The notes under the pieces were generated by a model. That model saw nothing but the letters and a program-made list of their open reading frames with translations. It made no database searches and was not told the origin of the DNA. A stretch of DNA of 64,000 nucleotides from positions 5,527,258 through 5,591,257 of the forward strand of contig NC_057719.1 of the NCBI RefSeq assembly GCF_004010195.1, in the 5' to 3' direction. Every line of letters starts with the position of its first letter. Positions within the stretch are counted from its first letter, which is position 1. Below are positions 13,150 through 26,200 of the stretch, piece after piece. Source of the DNA: Chiloscyllium plagiosum (lineage: Eukaryota). The position numbers and the translations under genes were made by a program.

Positions 13150-13880
13150 GGAATGGGTCCAGCGTGAACCTCATGGATAGCAAGTGAGGCCAGTGTGGAC
13201 TCGAGTGAGCCCTTACTTACTTTTTTGGGGCTAGCATGGGACCTGGCATTGGAATCACCGACTACTACATCAGTGTCGGCGAAGTAGGCTCAGTGATGAA
13301 ATGTGGTACCTGAGGATTGGCGACTTCATCATGGATTGGGTCTGATGCTGACGATGGCAAAGCAGTGACGGAGGGCATCACAGTGACGTCGATTAGGTGG
13401 GCCCAACAGTGAGTGATGTGACTCAGACATTAGAGGGCCCAATGCAGGTGGTGGCGAGACCATGGCAGAGGAAAATCGGACCAGTGGCAAAAGATGGCGC
13501 CAGAAGAGTGGCAGTTTCAACATTGTTGGGTCCAGTGTAGATGGTGCTGAAAATGTGTTGCTGGAAAAGTGCAGCAGGTCAAGCAGCATCCAAGGAACAG
13601 GAGAATCGACATTTCGGGCATAAGCCCTTCTTCAGGATCTCCAGCATCTGCAGTCCTCACTTTCTCCAGTGTAGATGGTGGCCTAGCAGTGGAGGAGGGA
13701 TGACGGTGAAGACATTGTTGTTGATGATGAGCTGGCTCAGGACTGATGGACTCTCTTTAAGCTATACTTTACTTTTTATTAAAACTATTCAAAATGGTGA
13801 GGGCTCGTGGAGACAGTGGAAAAACTTTTCACTGTATTTTGTTGTTGTTCTCATTGTAAAATAAAAATCGTTCATTCATA
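13150..13880 (+). mobile_element. GC-rich non-coding retroposon with Rex1-like 3' tail (tentative)
   Basis: Ends in cttttcactgt...aataaa..ttcattca, like the Rex1 tail at 35959-36025; no coding similarity; hosts the insertion at 13547-13664. Confidence 0.45.
13547..13664 (-). mobile_element. Penelope-derived short insertion with minus-strand hammerhead core
   Basis: Exact 16-bp TSD tccagtgtagatggtg (13531-13546 / 13665-13680). Minus strand reads CTGAAGA-a-gggc(ttat)gccc-GAAA-tg-TC. Confidence 0.8.
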
Positions 13881-14724
13881 TTTGAGGTCAGAGGGATTAT
13901 GAAATACCTGTGAAGTCATAGCAATTGGTGGGGGAAATATGGACAATGAACTAATTAGATAGGTCTTTGGAGCAGCCCTACCTAGTATGGAAAACGTGAT
14001 GTCAGGCTCTGAGCCAGATCAGATTAAGAGGACTGACCAATGGAAGGATTAGTGAAACAATAATGAAAGTTGCTGGGGGCATTCAGCAAGTCTCCTTCTT
14101 GAGAGAGAAGCAGTAAATAATTTTATATGAGGACGATTGATTGAAATAAGTCTTTGGAACTGATCATTCTCAAAATCTTTGCTCTTTGGACCATTAAGGA
14201 GAATAGTGACTAAAATATAATATAGTTTGTCCCCATGATTTTTAATACATGGGTCTGAACTAACTGAAAAATTATGCTTTCAGATAGTTCAAGTTAGCCC
14301 TCCTGTTAGATTCCAATTAGAGCCAAGTCACTCTTTACCTGTTTTGATTTCCAAAATATATTTGAAAGCTCAGTACCCAAATTACATGACACCACCAAGG
14401 ATCAAAATATATTATTATGCTCATTACTTTCCTTTGAAGTTGTGATCAGTTAGCAGAGATACCTGTTTGCACATTATCAAATTGTAATCCTGTGCTACAG
14501 TTTAAAGTGTCCATTTAATGGCAGTTTGAATTCTATAGAATTAGTAGAATCCATCTCTGGCTCTTCCGGCCAATTTCTTTGTTTTGAGATAGCTAACCTA
14601 AATGCAGCATTCATCAATACCTAGACAGTGTCAAAGTATTGAAAGAAATGTAACAGAATTCAAATAAAAGAAAAACCAGAGTTTAAAAATAGGTTATCAC
14701 TAACAAAGTTATGTTGTTTTGCAG

Positions 14725-14796
14725 CTAATTTAACAGGGCATGCAGAAAAAGTTGGGATAGAAAATTTTGAACTACTGAAGGTCCTTGGAACAGGAG
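14725..14796 (+). CDS. RPS6KA5: RPS6KA5/MSK1 internal coding exon (exon 2 by analogy to mammalian gene), 72 nt, phase 1-1
   Basis: Acceptor ttgttttgcag| and donor |gtaagt. Translates (A)NLTGHAEKVGIENFELLKVLGTG(A), matching MSK1 as I recall it (MSK2 has EEKVSVENF). Missed by the ORF track. Confidence 0.96.
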
Positions 14797-14859
14797 GTAA
14801 GTAAAACATTTTTGCTATCTCATTTTATACAGTACTGCTACTTAATAATAGAGACAATC

Positions 14860-15003
14860 TCTGTTCTGGAGAAGAATTTATCTGGACTTGAGACATTAAC
14901 TCTGTTTCTTTCTGTACAGATGCTGCCAAACCTGTTGAGTTTCTCCAGCATTCTCTGTGTTTATTTCAGATTTCTAGCATCTGCACTATTTTGCCTTTAT
15001 TTG
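14860..15003 (+). mobile_element. Degenerate Penelope-type terminal repeat
   Basis: cagatgctgcc..cctgttgagtttctccagca..ctagcatctgca motif shared with 20175-20300 and 51165-51385. Confidence 0.6.
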
Positions 15004-15894
15004 TTCTTACTTGGATGGACTGAGTTACTTGCACTCCCATGTAGTATGTATTAGTACTTTGTAAGGAAATAGACATCGCAGTGCAAATTGATTGGTACTT
15101 GTGAGTGAAAGATAACTTAACTTAAATAATTAATCCATTGTTGGGATGTTTTGAAATTTGATAGCTTGCTACATTTGTCCCAGTCACATTATTATTCTAA
15201 ATATTTCTTGGAAGCAAATAGAGAGAACTTTGCATTAGGCATTTAATAACTTATTTACAATGCGTACACTGGCATTGATCTAGTATGTTTCTGTTTTTGG
15301 AGGCAAATTTCCTGTTCTGATTTGATAGACTTGCACTTCCTATTCCTTGTTGCCAGAAGCTGTATAGTTTAAAGCAAACAGGAAGACCCAAGAGGCACCA
15401 AGAGAGGGAATACAGAATGTTTAAAATCATTAACAGACAGTGTACATGGAGTTTAATTCTGTTTAGAACATGTTGCTAAAGGCCATTTGCTTGAGTGCAG
15501 ACAGATTTAATTCTAATTCCACACAGCCATGTGCTTTCTGTTTCCTGTGAAAGTACTAAAGTACAGGTGCTGTTTCAGTGGTACAGTACACTGAATCACT
15601 TTTAAAATTGTTTTGTGAGCAATGGACCTGTATGAATTGTAAGTTGTCTCTCAGTAGATGAGAGATTATCATTTTCAGTTTAGTGCCATGATCTTGAGCA
15701 GTGGAGAATCTGGGTATAGAAGAGAAGCAGAAAGTCTGTGCTTGTCTATTTTGAATATTAATTGAATTATATTGTCTTGATGCTTTCATAGAAAAATCAT
15801 TTTCTGGAATAATGTTCAGAGAACTGTTTCCCCATTTTTTCCCCCTATCTCTGTACTGACTACTTAGGTCTTCTCAGCTGGGTTTGTGGACATT

Positions 15895-17730
15895 AATGTG
15901 AAACATTGAAAAATTACAGACAGAGAAAGAGGCCAGTCGGCCCATCATTTTTGTAATAGCCAAAGAAAAGAGCCGTTCAGCCTAAACTCACTTTGGAGTC
16001 CTGTATGTTTTGCACTAGAAGTAAACACGCCAGTTTTTTTTCAGGTTTCCTCTGTTTCCAAATACTGCACCATCCTCAAAACTTCCCCTCAAGTCTCCTC
16101 AACTCCTGTCAACTTTTGTAAATTGGTGCATCATTGTTATTGACCTATCTGCTTGAGGCATTCAGTCCTTCCAATGAACTTTTATCTAGTTTCTCATAAT
16201 TTCACACACATCAATTAAATTGTCACCTATGTTTCCTCTATTCCAAAGAATGTAACCTCAGCCTGAGTAATCTTTCCTTTATGGCAAAAATGTTCCAAAG
16301 CTGGTAAATTCCCTTAAGTCTCTTTTGCACCCTCTCTTGTGTGATTACATTTTTCCTGTACTGAGGTGATCAGATGCATAGAAACTAGGAGCAGGATTAG
16401 GCCAATCGGCCCTTTGAGCCTGCTCCTCCATTCAGCTGAGCCTGTATCTCAATGCCATCTTTTTTCTTTCTCCCCATACCCTTTTGATGCTTTTTAAATA
16501 TAAAATTGTACCTATCTGTTTCTTGAATATATTCAGTAACTTGGCCACCACATCCTTCAGTGGTGGATAATTCCACAGGTTCACTAACCTTTGATTGAAG
16601 AAATGATTTCTCATCTCAGTCCTGAATGGCTTTCCTTATATCTTGATCTGTGTGCCCTCTGTATGTAGAATGCCCAATCAAGAAAAATATCCTCTCTGCA
16701 TCTAGATTGTTCAGCTGAGATTAGATTATATTACAGTTTGGAAACAGGCCCTTCGGCCCAACAAGTCCACACCGACCCACCGAAGCATAACCCACCCATT
16801 CCCCTACCTAACACTATGGGCAATTTAGCATGGCCAATTCACCTGAGCTGCACATCTTTGGACTGTGGGAGGAAACCGGAGCACCCGGAGGAAACCCACG
16901 CAGACACGGGGAGAATGTGCAAACTCCACACAGTGAGTCGCCTGAGGCGGGAATTGAACCCGGGTCTCTGGCGCTGTGAGGCAGCAGTGCTAACCACTGT
17001 GCCACCGTGCCGCCCACAGCTGTGTAAGTTGGCATGGACGGGTTGGACTGAAGGGTCTGTTTCCATGCTGTACATCTCTATGACTCTATGTTTCAATCAG
17101 AACCCCTTTATCCTTTGAAACTCGAGTGAAATCAGGTGGAGTTGAACCAATCTCTCCTCCATAGGACAGTCCTGCCGTCCCTGCTATCAGGCTAGTGAAC
17201 CTCCACTACACTCACTCTATGGCAAAAATATTTCCTTTCTTAGGTAGGGAGATCAAAACTGCATACAACACTCCAGATGGTGTCTCACCATGGTTCTGTA
17301 TAACTGCAGTAAGACACGCTTACATCTGGACTCAAATCCTCTTGCAATCAAATCCAACTCTCCATTTGCCTTCCTAATTGCTTACTGTACCTACCTGTCT
17401 AATTTCAATGACCCTTCTGCAAGGGCACTCAGATGCCTTTGTATATCCACAGTTCTCAATAAATCACCATTTTAAAACTAATGTGCATAACTTCACATTT
17501 ACCATGTTGTACTGCACCTGCCATGTGTTTGCCCATCCACTTAACTTGTCTGAATCATCTTGAAGTCTCCTTGCATCCTTAAGGGCTACGGGGAGAATGC
17601 GGGTAAGTGGAGTTGAAATGCCCATCAGCCATGATTGAATGGCAGAGTGGACTCGATGGGCCGAATGGCCTTACTTCCGCTCCTATGTCTTATGGTCTTA
17701 TCCTCTTCACTACTCATAATCTTATACATT
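15895..17730 (-). mobile_element. Stacked old CR1 3' fragments with nested SINE and short CR1 tails
   Basis: MRNHFFNQRLVNLWN motif (16432-16614) and CR1 tails at ~15920 and ~16380; + strand truncated tails at 17025-17090 and 17580-17700. Confidence 0.75.
16718..17016 (-). mobile_element. Full-length HE1/V-SINE-type SINE
   Basis: Minus strand starts GGGCGGCACGGTGGCACAGTGGTTAGC (A-box), then GGTTCAATTCC (B-box), V-domain and tail; flanked by cagctg (16712-16717 / 17017-17022). Confidence 0.92.
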
Positions 17731-17757
17731 TTCATGTCATACAGTCATAGAGATGTA

Positions 17758-18257
17758 NNNNNNNNNNNNNNNNNNNNNNNNNNNNNNNNNNNNNNNNNNN
17801 NNNNNNNNNNNNNNNNNNNNNNNNNNNNNNNNNNNNNNNNNNNNNNNNNNNNNNNNNNNNNNNNNNNNNNNNNNNNNNNNNNNNNNNNNNNNNNNNNNNN
17901 NNNNNNNNNNNNNNNNNNNNNNNNNNNNNNNNNNNNNNNNNNNNNNNNNNNNNNNNNNNNNNNNNNNNNNNNNNNNNNNNNNNNNNNNNNNNNNNNNNNN
18001 NNNNNNNNNNNNNNNNNNNNNNNNNNNNNNNNNNNNNNNNNNNNNNNNNNNNNNNNNNNNNNNNNNNNNNNNNNNNNNNNNNNNNNNNNNNNNNNNNNNN
18101 NNNNNNNNNNNNNNNNNNNNNNNNNNNNNNNNNNNNNNNNNNNNNNNNNNNNNNNNNNNNNNNNNNNNNNNNNNNNNNNNNNNNNNNNNNNNNNNNNNNN
18201 NNNNNNNNNNNNNNNNNNNNNNNNNNNNNNNNNNNNNNNNNNNNNNNNNNNNNNNNN
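17758..18257. other. Assembly gap, 500 N
   Basis: Run of N; the left flank is a CR1 3' tail and the right flank is CR1 RT on the same (minus) strand. Confidence 0.99.
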
Positions 18258-18900
18258 TCTCAGCCCATTGGCCCATCTGATCAAGATCCTATTCTAATCT
18301 GAAGTAACCTTCTTCGCTGTCCACTACACCTCCAATTTTGGTGTCACCAGCAAACTTACTAACTATGGTTCTTATGCTCACATCCAAATCATTTATATAA
18401 ATGACTAAAAATAGTGGACTCAACACCGATTCTTGTGGCACTCCACTGGTCACAGGCCTCCAGTCTGAAAAACAACCCTACACCACCACCGTCTGTCATC
18501 TACCTTTAAGCCAGTTCTGTATCCAAATGGCTAGTTCACCCTATATTCCATGAGATCTAACCTTGCTCACCAGTCTCCTATGGGGATGATTTCCCATGCA
18601 CTAAGCCATGTTGAATATCCCTGATCAGTCCTTGCCTTTCCAAATACATGTACATCCTGTCCCTCAGGATTCCCTCCAACAACTTGCCCACCATAGACGT
18701 CAGGCTCACTGGTCTGTAGTTCCTTGGCTTCTCCTTACCGCCAGTGGCACCACATTAGCCAACCACCAGTCTTCCGGCACCTTACCTGTGACTATAGATG
18801 ATACAAATAACTCAGTAAGAAGCCCAGCAATCACTTCCCTAGCTTCCCACAGAGTTCTAGGGTACACCTGATCAGATCCTGGGGATTTATCCACTCATCC
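18258..18900 (-). mobile_element. CR1 LINE RT fragment, internally deleted
   Basis: MDKSPGSDQVYPRTLWEAREVIA..VPEDW and KFAGDTKIGG motifs. Confidence 0.87.
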
Positions 18901-18971
18901 ATAGACACTTTTCAAGATGTCACCCTCTATTTCCCTACATTCTATATCTGTCATCAACAAACTTTCCTATT

Positions 18972-19295
18972 GTGGTAGTATAGTGGTCTTATTACAATAC
19001 TATTAATGTAGACATCCAGGTAGTGTTCTGAGGACCCTGGTTAAAATCCCTCCTTCCACAGCAGATGGTGGAATTTGAATTCAGTTAAAAAAAAATCTGG
19101 AATAAAGACTAATAATAATCATGAATCCACTGCCGATTATTGGAAAAACTAAGTTCCATCTGGGAAGAAAATCTCTTCTCCTTACCTGCTCTAGCCTACA
19201 TGTGACTCCAGACTCTCAAAGTGATTGCTGAGACCTGTGGTGAAGATTCAATCAATAAATGTTGACTTAGCCAACGATGGCAACATCCTATGGAA
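18972..19295 (+). mobile_element. Old tRNA-headed SINE with CR1/L2-type tail
   Basis: Degenerate A/B boxes (tagtatagtgg, ggttaaaatccc), tccttacctg..gcctacatgtgactccaga core and caataaatgttg..cacatcc-type tail; same family at ~875-1030, ~8450-8620 (-) and 44335-44487. Confidence 0.55.
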
Positions 19296-19736
19296 GGTGA
19301 AAAACATCTTGGAAATGTTGTCTTTGGACGTCTCAATCAGGTCATCTATTTACATATAGTAAATAGCTGTGGTCCAAGCACTGACCATTGTAGTATTCAG
19401 CTAGTCACCACCTGCCACATGGAAAAAGACCCATTTATTTTCTTCTACGTTTCCCACCTGTCAACCAATCCTCAATCCTTGCCAGTATATTAACTCTGTG
19501 TTTTAACTTTGCTCACTGACTTATTATGAGGGAATGTATCAAAAGCCTTCTGAAAATCCAAATACACGACATGTACTGGTTCTCCCCCATCTAGTAATAG
19601 AATAATGCAGATTGGGTTACCATCTTTGTGGAACACCTCTGCTCTGTCCAAAAAAATTGATCTTGACCAGGTTGTCAATTTGCTCACTGAGCTGGTGGGT
19701 TTGTTTTCAGATGTTTCATCCCATGTTGGTTAAAAT

Positions 19737-20300
19737 CCTGACCTTCCACTTGCCTTCCACTTTTATATACCACCATGTTCCCAAGCCAAAATTTACATCT
19801 CAGAGCTACTGCAGTCCTCCACCACTTCATTTTCTGCCTAGGTACCTTAAAACAGTCAGGACTCAACATCATGTTTAACAATTTCAGAGTGTGACCACCT
19901 TTCTTCATGTTTGTTACTCACTCCCACGCGCCAGGTCCTGTTCTGTATGGGTTGCTCCAGCACAGCCACCCCATTTTCTCACACTGATACTTTCCATTCG
20001 CACTCATTCAGCATTTATCTTCCTCCCAGTGTATCATCAGCAATCGCTTACTCTGCTTCTCCTTTCTTTGTTTCGCCCCCCCCTCCCAACCTCTCTCCAT
20101 TTCCATCTATACTGTTCACCCCTCTCCATCTCCCTAATTTTCAGTATAAATATTGCCATTTCCCAATTGCTTTCAGTTCTGACGATGAGTCATTGGACTT
20201 GTATCGTTAACTCAGTTTTTCTCTCCACAGACCTGATGAGTTTCCCTAACACATTCTGTTTTTATTTCAATAATCCAACATCCATAGTTCTTTGTTTTAA
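19737..20300 (+). mobile_element. Penelope-like retrotransposon 3' end: GIY-YIG endonuclease C-terminus + terminal repeat
   Basis: PDLPLAFHFYIPPCSQA (19737-) and HFIFCLGTLKQSGLNIMFNNFRV* (19823-19894), like the PLE motif LIFxLGTLxPxGLN; followed by a pyrimidine-rich UTR and a decayed CTGACGA core at ~20179. Confidence 0.75.
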
Positions 20301-21925
20301 TTTAATGAATAATTAACTTTTTATAAAAATAGTAAGCATTACTCTGAATGAGGCCTATCAACTGTTTTGCACTGTTCCAACATTAACTTTTTCATTCTGT
20401 GCCTTTGTCTGTCCACCTGTCTTGCTACATTCAGAGATTTGTGGACATTATAATGTGTTTTTGTTCTTGCATTTGCTTTTGTGCTTCTCTGTTGCAGTCA
20501 CTCATTTTCAGTACTTCTTTGTATTAATTGTTTCCCTGAAAAGAATTACCTCACATTTCTCCAAATTGAATTCGGTTTGCCAATTTGAACCACATGACCA
20601 TCCGTTTATATTTGCCTACAGTCTACAGCTTTGTTTTCCTTAAGAAAAGCTATACTGGCAATTTTTTTAAACTTCTGAATCAGGTCCCCTGCAGTTAGAT
20701 CTAAATCTTTGATTATACCAAGATGCAAAGAACCTGAAACTGAGCCTAGTATGATCCCATTAGAAGCAGCTTTCCAGTCACATCAACACCTCCAACCATT
20801 ATCCTTTCCTCCCACTGGACTAATTTTAGATTCAATGTGCCATTTTCCCTTGGGTCTAATGGTTTTCACTTTTCCATGCAGTGTTCGTGTGGGATCTTGT
20901 TACAAGGCTCATGAAAATCCATGTCAACTTCTTCAAAAGCTGTACATTCATTGAACCTCTTTTGTTGTCACCTCAAAAAATTCACTCCAGTTCATCAGAC
21001 ACAAACCAGTTCTTAATATATTCATGCTGACTGCACTTGATTGATTTGTGCCTTTCTGACGAGCAACTTATACTGTCCCTTAGAATTCTTTAGAGTAATT
21101 TGTCTACCACTGAGGTTAGGCTGCCAAATCTGTAATTACTTGATCTATCCTTTCCTCCCTCATTTAAAAAAAAAACTGTGTAATGGTGGCAGTCTTCTGA
21201 CTCCAACACTATACCCAAGGATATATCCTATAGGAGAGGATTGGAAAATGTGGTCAGAGCTTCTTCTTTTCCTTTCAGTACTTCTCTCAGAAGCCTTAAG
21301 TATGTTCTAGATTTGAAAGTTTAGCTATTTCAAAGATACTAAAACTACTAATACTATGCCCCCCCCCCCCCAAAGCTGTATTTATTACATTCCATATGGT
21401 ACACTCTTCCTTATCTATGATGTCTGTATTGTCCCTTTCTCTGTGAAGACAGGCACAAAGAATTCATTAAGAAGCATTTCTTGAGCCTCCAAACACAGGT
21501 TCCCTTTTTGATCTGTAATAAGTTATCATCTTGCTGTTTGTGTATATTCATAAAAAAAACTTGCACTTTCTTTGACGACTAACATTCTTTCATGCTTTCC
21601 TAATTTCCATTTTACTCGTGCACTTTTTTAGAGTCCTGGGCTTTCCAGGAAGAAAGGGCACACTTCAGCCAAAGAAAAAATAGTATAAATCAAGTACATA
21701 GCATATAGTACAAAAGCAAATGTTTTCGTGAAGAGAAAACTAAGGGGTGTAAAATGATCAGGTCTAGGTATCTACCAGCAAAGCCTAATCAACTCTCAGG
21801 CATTGACTCAAGAGGAAAGGAACATTCAGGTGATAAATGCCAGAAACAACCACCTCTAACACGAGAGGATCTAATTACCTCCCCTTGATGTTCAGTGGCA
21901 TTACCATCACTGAATCACCCACTAT

Positions 21926-22608
21926 TGTGACAATACAATGGCTTTAAGAGGGGTATTTTGTCCTGGTTTTTTTATGAAGAGAAATAGAATCAGAGGTGAT
22001 GAGCGGTCTGTTCCAGGCCAATAATGTAAATAGCCTGTGGGGCCTTGGGGTTTTTAGTTAACGTTGGAACAATAGAAACAGCATGAAGGGTGGGTTCAAA
22101 CTCCCATAGAACCAAGGTTTTAGTTTAACTTTCAGTAATTGCTGGGTTATGGAAGCTGCTATAACATCTCTCCCTGCTACAGCAAAATGCTTGAGTTTTC
22201 TCTCTCTCTTTCTCTTTCTCTCTCTCACACACACTCTCAAAGCTTTCTCTTGATGTTATTTTCTCCTGGTCTGGAGCATTGCATGTGAGACAATCTATTT
22301 TACTAAATTTGTCTTTGCCATGTATGTGTTTATGGGATGTTACTATATTGGAATAGTTATTGTTTAGTAGTTAAATCATCTATTAATCTATTAAGTTTTC
22401 CAATAAGTTATTCCGATTCTTCTCTCTCGTATTTGTATTTTAACTATAGTGTAAGAAAAAAGGGTGTTTTGCTTCAAGCCTGGTAGTGTGACCAGTCAAA
22501 TTGCACCTGGAATACAACGCTTTACACTTGCCTTTAAGAATAAGGAAAACTTGGGGTCTAAGCTGTCTGCTTAATATATTTTGAGTAGATTTGGTCTGGT
22601 CCCTAATA
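21926..22608 (+). mobile_element. Solo LTR inserted in an old LINE fragment
   Basis: TGTGACA...CCCTAATA ends with 4-bp TSD ctat/ttat; the host sequence (cccactat|caaaatcctgg) resumes; ends resemble the reverse complement of 27118-28465. Confidence 0.65.
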
Positions 22609-22807
22609 TTATCAAAATCCTGGTGTTGCCATTAACCAGAAACTGAACTGAATGAGACACAAGGGCAGTTCATTGGTTAGGAATTCTTTGGTGAGTTAAT
22701 TACCTTTTGATTCCCCAAAATTTGCCTACTGTCTGTAAAGCATATGTCAACTGTACTGGAATATGCATACTGGCCTGGATGAGTAAAAAGCACCACCAAC
22801 ACTCAAC

Positions 22808-23200
22808 ATTTCATAGAGGCATACAACACCGCTCGTTGGGGTTACCAGACATCCCAAACTAAACTTGTCCCATTGCCAGCATTTGGCCTGTATCCCTCTA
22901 AATCCTTCCTATTCATAAACCCATGCAGATGCCGTTTAAATGTTGTAATTATAACAGCCTCCACCACATTGTCTGGCAGCTTATTCATACATGACTACCC
23001 TCTGTATGATCAAGTTACCCCTTTAGGTCCTTTTTGATCTTTCCCCTCTCACCTTAAACGTCTGTCCTCTAATTTTGGACTCCCCCACTCTAGGAAAAAG
23101 ATCTTGGCTATTCACCCTTTCCATGCCCCTCATGACTTTATAAACCATTATAAGGTCACTCCTCAGCCTCCAATGCTCCAGGGAGAAAAGTCCCAGCTTA
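22808..23200 (-). mobile_element. CR1 3' fragment
   Basis: Reverse complement of the family at 4814-5073 and 30670-31270. Confidence 0.78.
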
Positions 23201-26200
23201 TTTTATAGTCAGAACCTGGCAAGTGTTTATGTTACAAAAACAGATATTTCTGGAAACACTCAATAGGTCTGGCAGCATCTGAAGAGAGTAAGCAAAGTTA
23301 ATGTGTCAACTTCAATGACCCCTTCAGCCATCTTAAGGGGTTAATGCCAGTGGGGATTAGGCCATTTAACTTGATTAGCCCACTTGACCTCAATTTGCAG
23401 TGGCAGGGAAAAGTAATTCTCTAGCCTTTTGCTATGTACTTATTCTGGGTAGAATTAGGAACTTACTGCCTGAGTAAGTGATGCCTCCCACTCCCACACT
23501 GACCATAGGGAAGGCAAAGACCAACCCCTCATCACTTCCCCCCACCCTCAACACTAAAGCATCTTTGCTGTACAGAGAATTTAGTGATGCGCCTGTGCAA
23601 CATTTTAGGATGTTTGAATATGTTGACGTGCTATGTGAAGGCAAGTTATAGTTTTTGTTGCTGCTTCACTATTTCAGAATTCAGCTTTTTTAAAATTTCA
23701 CTTTGTTTTGGGTGTTGAAGCCACGATCCTTTTTTCAGACTTGGCTCAGCATGAAGCTGTTAAACAATCAACATTCCTAAGTCTTGTAGCTTCCTCAATT
23801 CACAGCTGTTGTTTACCCTTCTCAGCAAAGCACTTTCACAGCAGAAACATAAATTCATGTTTTTAGTACAATGTCAAAAATTCTTTGGGTGAGTTCTCAA
23901 TCTCTGCTCTAAGTTAGACCAAACACATCATCTGTTTTTTTTCTGCTAATTAACAGTTGGCTATAGAGTTGAACGTGCTGTTCTTCTTTGCACCTGTAGG
24001 TCAGTTGCAGAGGCTTGATTATAAATTACCAATTATATATTTGGAAGTTAGAGCTGACATTGCAGGTGATGTGTTGTAACTGGAGTGTTTAGGTATTGGC
24101 TCTGTATCTTGAGGATCTTCTGTACAGAGTTGTTCAGTTAGATGCTGAACTCCAGACATCATGATGTATCTGCTAGGGGAAAGTTATCAGAACACTTTGA
24201 TGCAAAAACCACTCTCAATCCTCATGATTGATGTTAGTTTGGATTTGGTGAGGAGCAGGAGGGGCCAATCAGGCAGTTGTGGAACCCAGGATGTAGCAAC
24301 AGAGACATCTGAACCTTAAGAAATCACGAGGAACTTGTTACCTGTATCAGAAGAAGTACTACAAGAAAATGTGCAATTGACCTTCATGGTACAAGAGGTG
24401 ACTGAAGGAAGTAGTGGTCAAAACAAAAAGAGATGTATTGGCAGCAGAGGTTATTATAATATTGGAAATAGATAAGTTTCTTGCTGCAGTGATCAAAAGT
24501 CCAAAAGGCTCTGCTGCCGACCAAGTATCAGAATTAAGCATGTTTCTAATAACTCTGTAAAATAAGACTTGCATTTATAGAGTATCCTCCAAAACCTCAA
24601 GTTGTTCCTAAGCACTTTACATCCAATTGAGTACATTTATAATGTTGTTACAATTTTACTATTGGAAACATAGCAACCAGTTTGTACACAGAGCCTTCAC
24701 AACCTGAATTTCATGTAAAATTGGCAAAGAGTATGGTTTAAAGAGATATAATCATACAGCACAGCAGGTGTTCTTCAGACCATCAATTCTGCGCTGACCT
24801 ATCTAAATTAATCCCACTTTCCAGTACTTGGCCCATAGCCTTGAATGTTGTGATATTTCAAATTCTCACCATTGTACTTTTTAAAGGTTGAGTTTTCTTG
24901 CCATTACTCCTTTCCCAGACAGTGTATTCCACCATCCTCAGGGAGCAAAATTATTCTTCAAATTCCATCTAAACATTCTGCCCTTCACCTTAAACCTATA
25001 TCCCTTTGTTATTGACACTTCAACGAAAGGGAACATCTGCTTCCTATCAACCTTGTACATACCCCTCATACTAATATACCTCAATCTGGTGCCTTCTCTG
25101 CTCTAAAGAAAACAACCCAAGTTTATCCAGCGTCTCTTCATAGCTAAAGTGCTCCAACGCATACAATGTCCTGGTGAATCTCCTTTGCAATCATCTCCTT
25201 GCAGTAGTGAGGCAACCAGAACTGCACAAAACACTCCAGGTGTGGTCTAACCAAAGTTTTGTACAGGTCCAAACTAACCTCCCTTGTAGTTTATGCCATG
25301 ACTAATATTGGCAAGTATCCTTATGTTGACTTAACTATCCTATTATCCTGATCTGATGCCTTCAGGGATCTGTGGACAAGCACCCAAGATCTCTGTTCCT
25401 CAGACTTTTGTAGTGTCCTGCGATTCATTGGATGCTCCCATATCTTGTTACTTGTTCTAAAGTGCATCACCACATATTTTTCCAGGTTAAATTCCATCTG
25501 CCACTGATCTGCCCATCTGACCAGCATTAAATTCCATCTGAACAGTTTATGTCTTTGTGTAACCTAAGACCTTCACTATTAACAACTCAGCCAATCTTTA
25601 AGTATTCCATAAGCTTATTTAACATTCCCCTTATAATCTCATCTATGTCATTAAGATATATTGTAAGCAATAATGGACCCAGTACTGTTACCAGTGGTAT
25701 GCCACACAGCACCAGCCTCCTGTCATATAAACAGCTTTCCACCACCACTCTTTGTTTCCTTCCAGCAAGCTAATGTTAGATACACCTGGTCAAGTTACCC
25801 TGGATCTCATGTGCTCTTATCTTCTTTATCAGCCTATGTGGACCATATCAAAGGCTTTGTTGAAATCCCTATAAACTATGTCAACTGCAGTTTCCTCATG
25901 CACACATCTGATCACTTCCTTAAAAAATTCTATTAAATTTGTTAGTCATGACCTCTCTCTGACAAAGCCATGCTGACCATCCTTGATTAAATCTTGCCTG
26001 TCTGAGTGGAGACTAATTGTTCCCTTTAGAATTTTCTCCAATAGTTTTGCTACCATTATTGTGAAACTCACTGATCTGTGGATTATCTCTATCACCTTTG
26101 TTGAAAAGTGGAACCATATAAGCTGTCCTCCAGTCCTCTGGTATCTCCCGCATGGTGAGAGAGGAATTAAAAGTTAGCATTTCCTCTCTCTGATCTTCCA

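Noticed and set aside
1..14724. RPS6KA5 first exon or promoter
   Set aside because: No CpG island or sequence encoding the MSK1 N-terminus (..TVKHELRT) seen; it must lie upstream of the window.
16940..17016. tRNA gene
   Set aside because: The A/B boxes belong to a SINE head continuing into the V-domain and LINE tail; no complete cloverleaf.
17635..18297. Long ORFs of 175-220 aa
   Set aside because: Artefacts of translating the 500-N gap.
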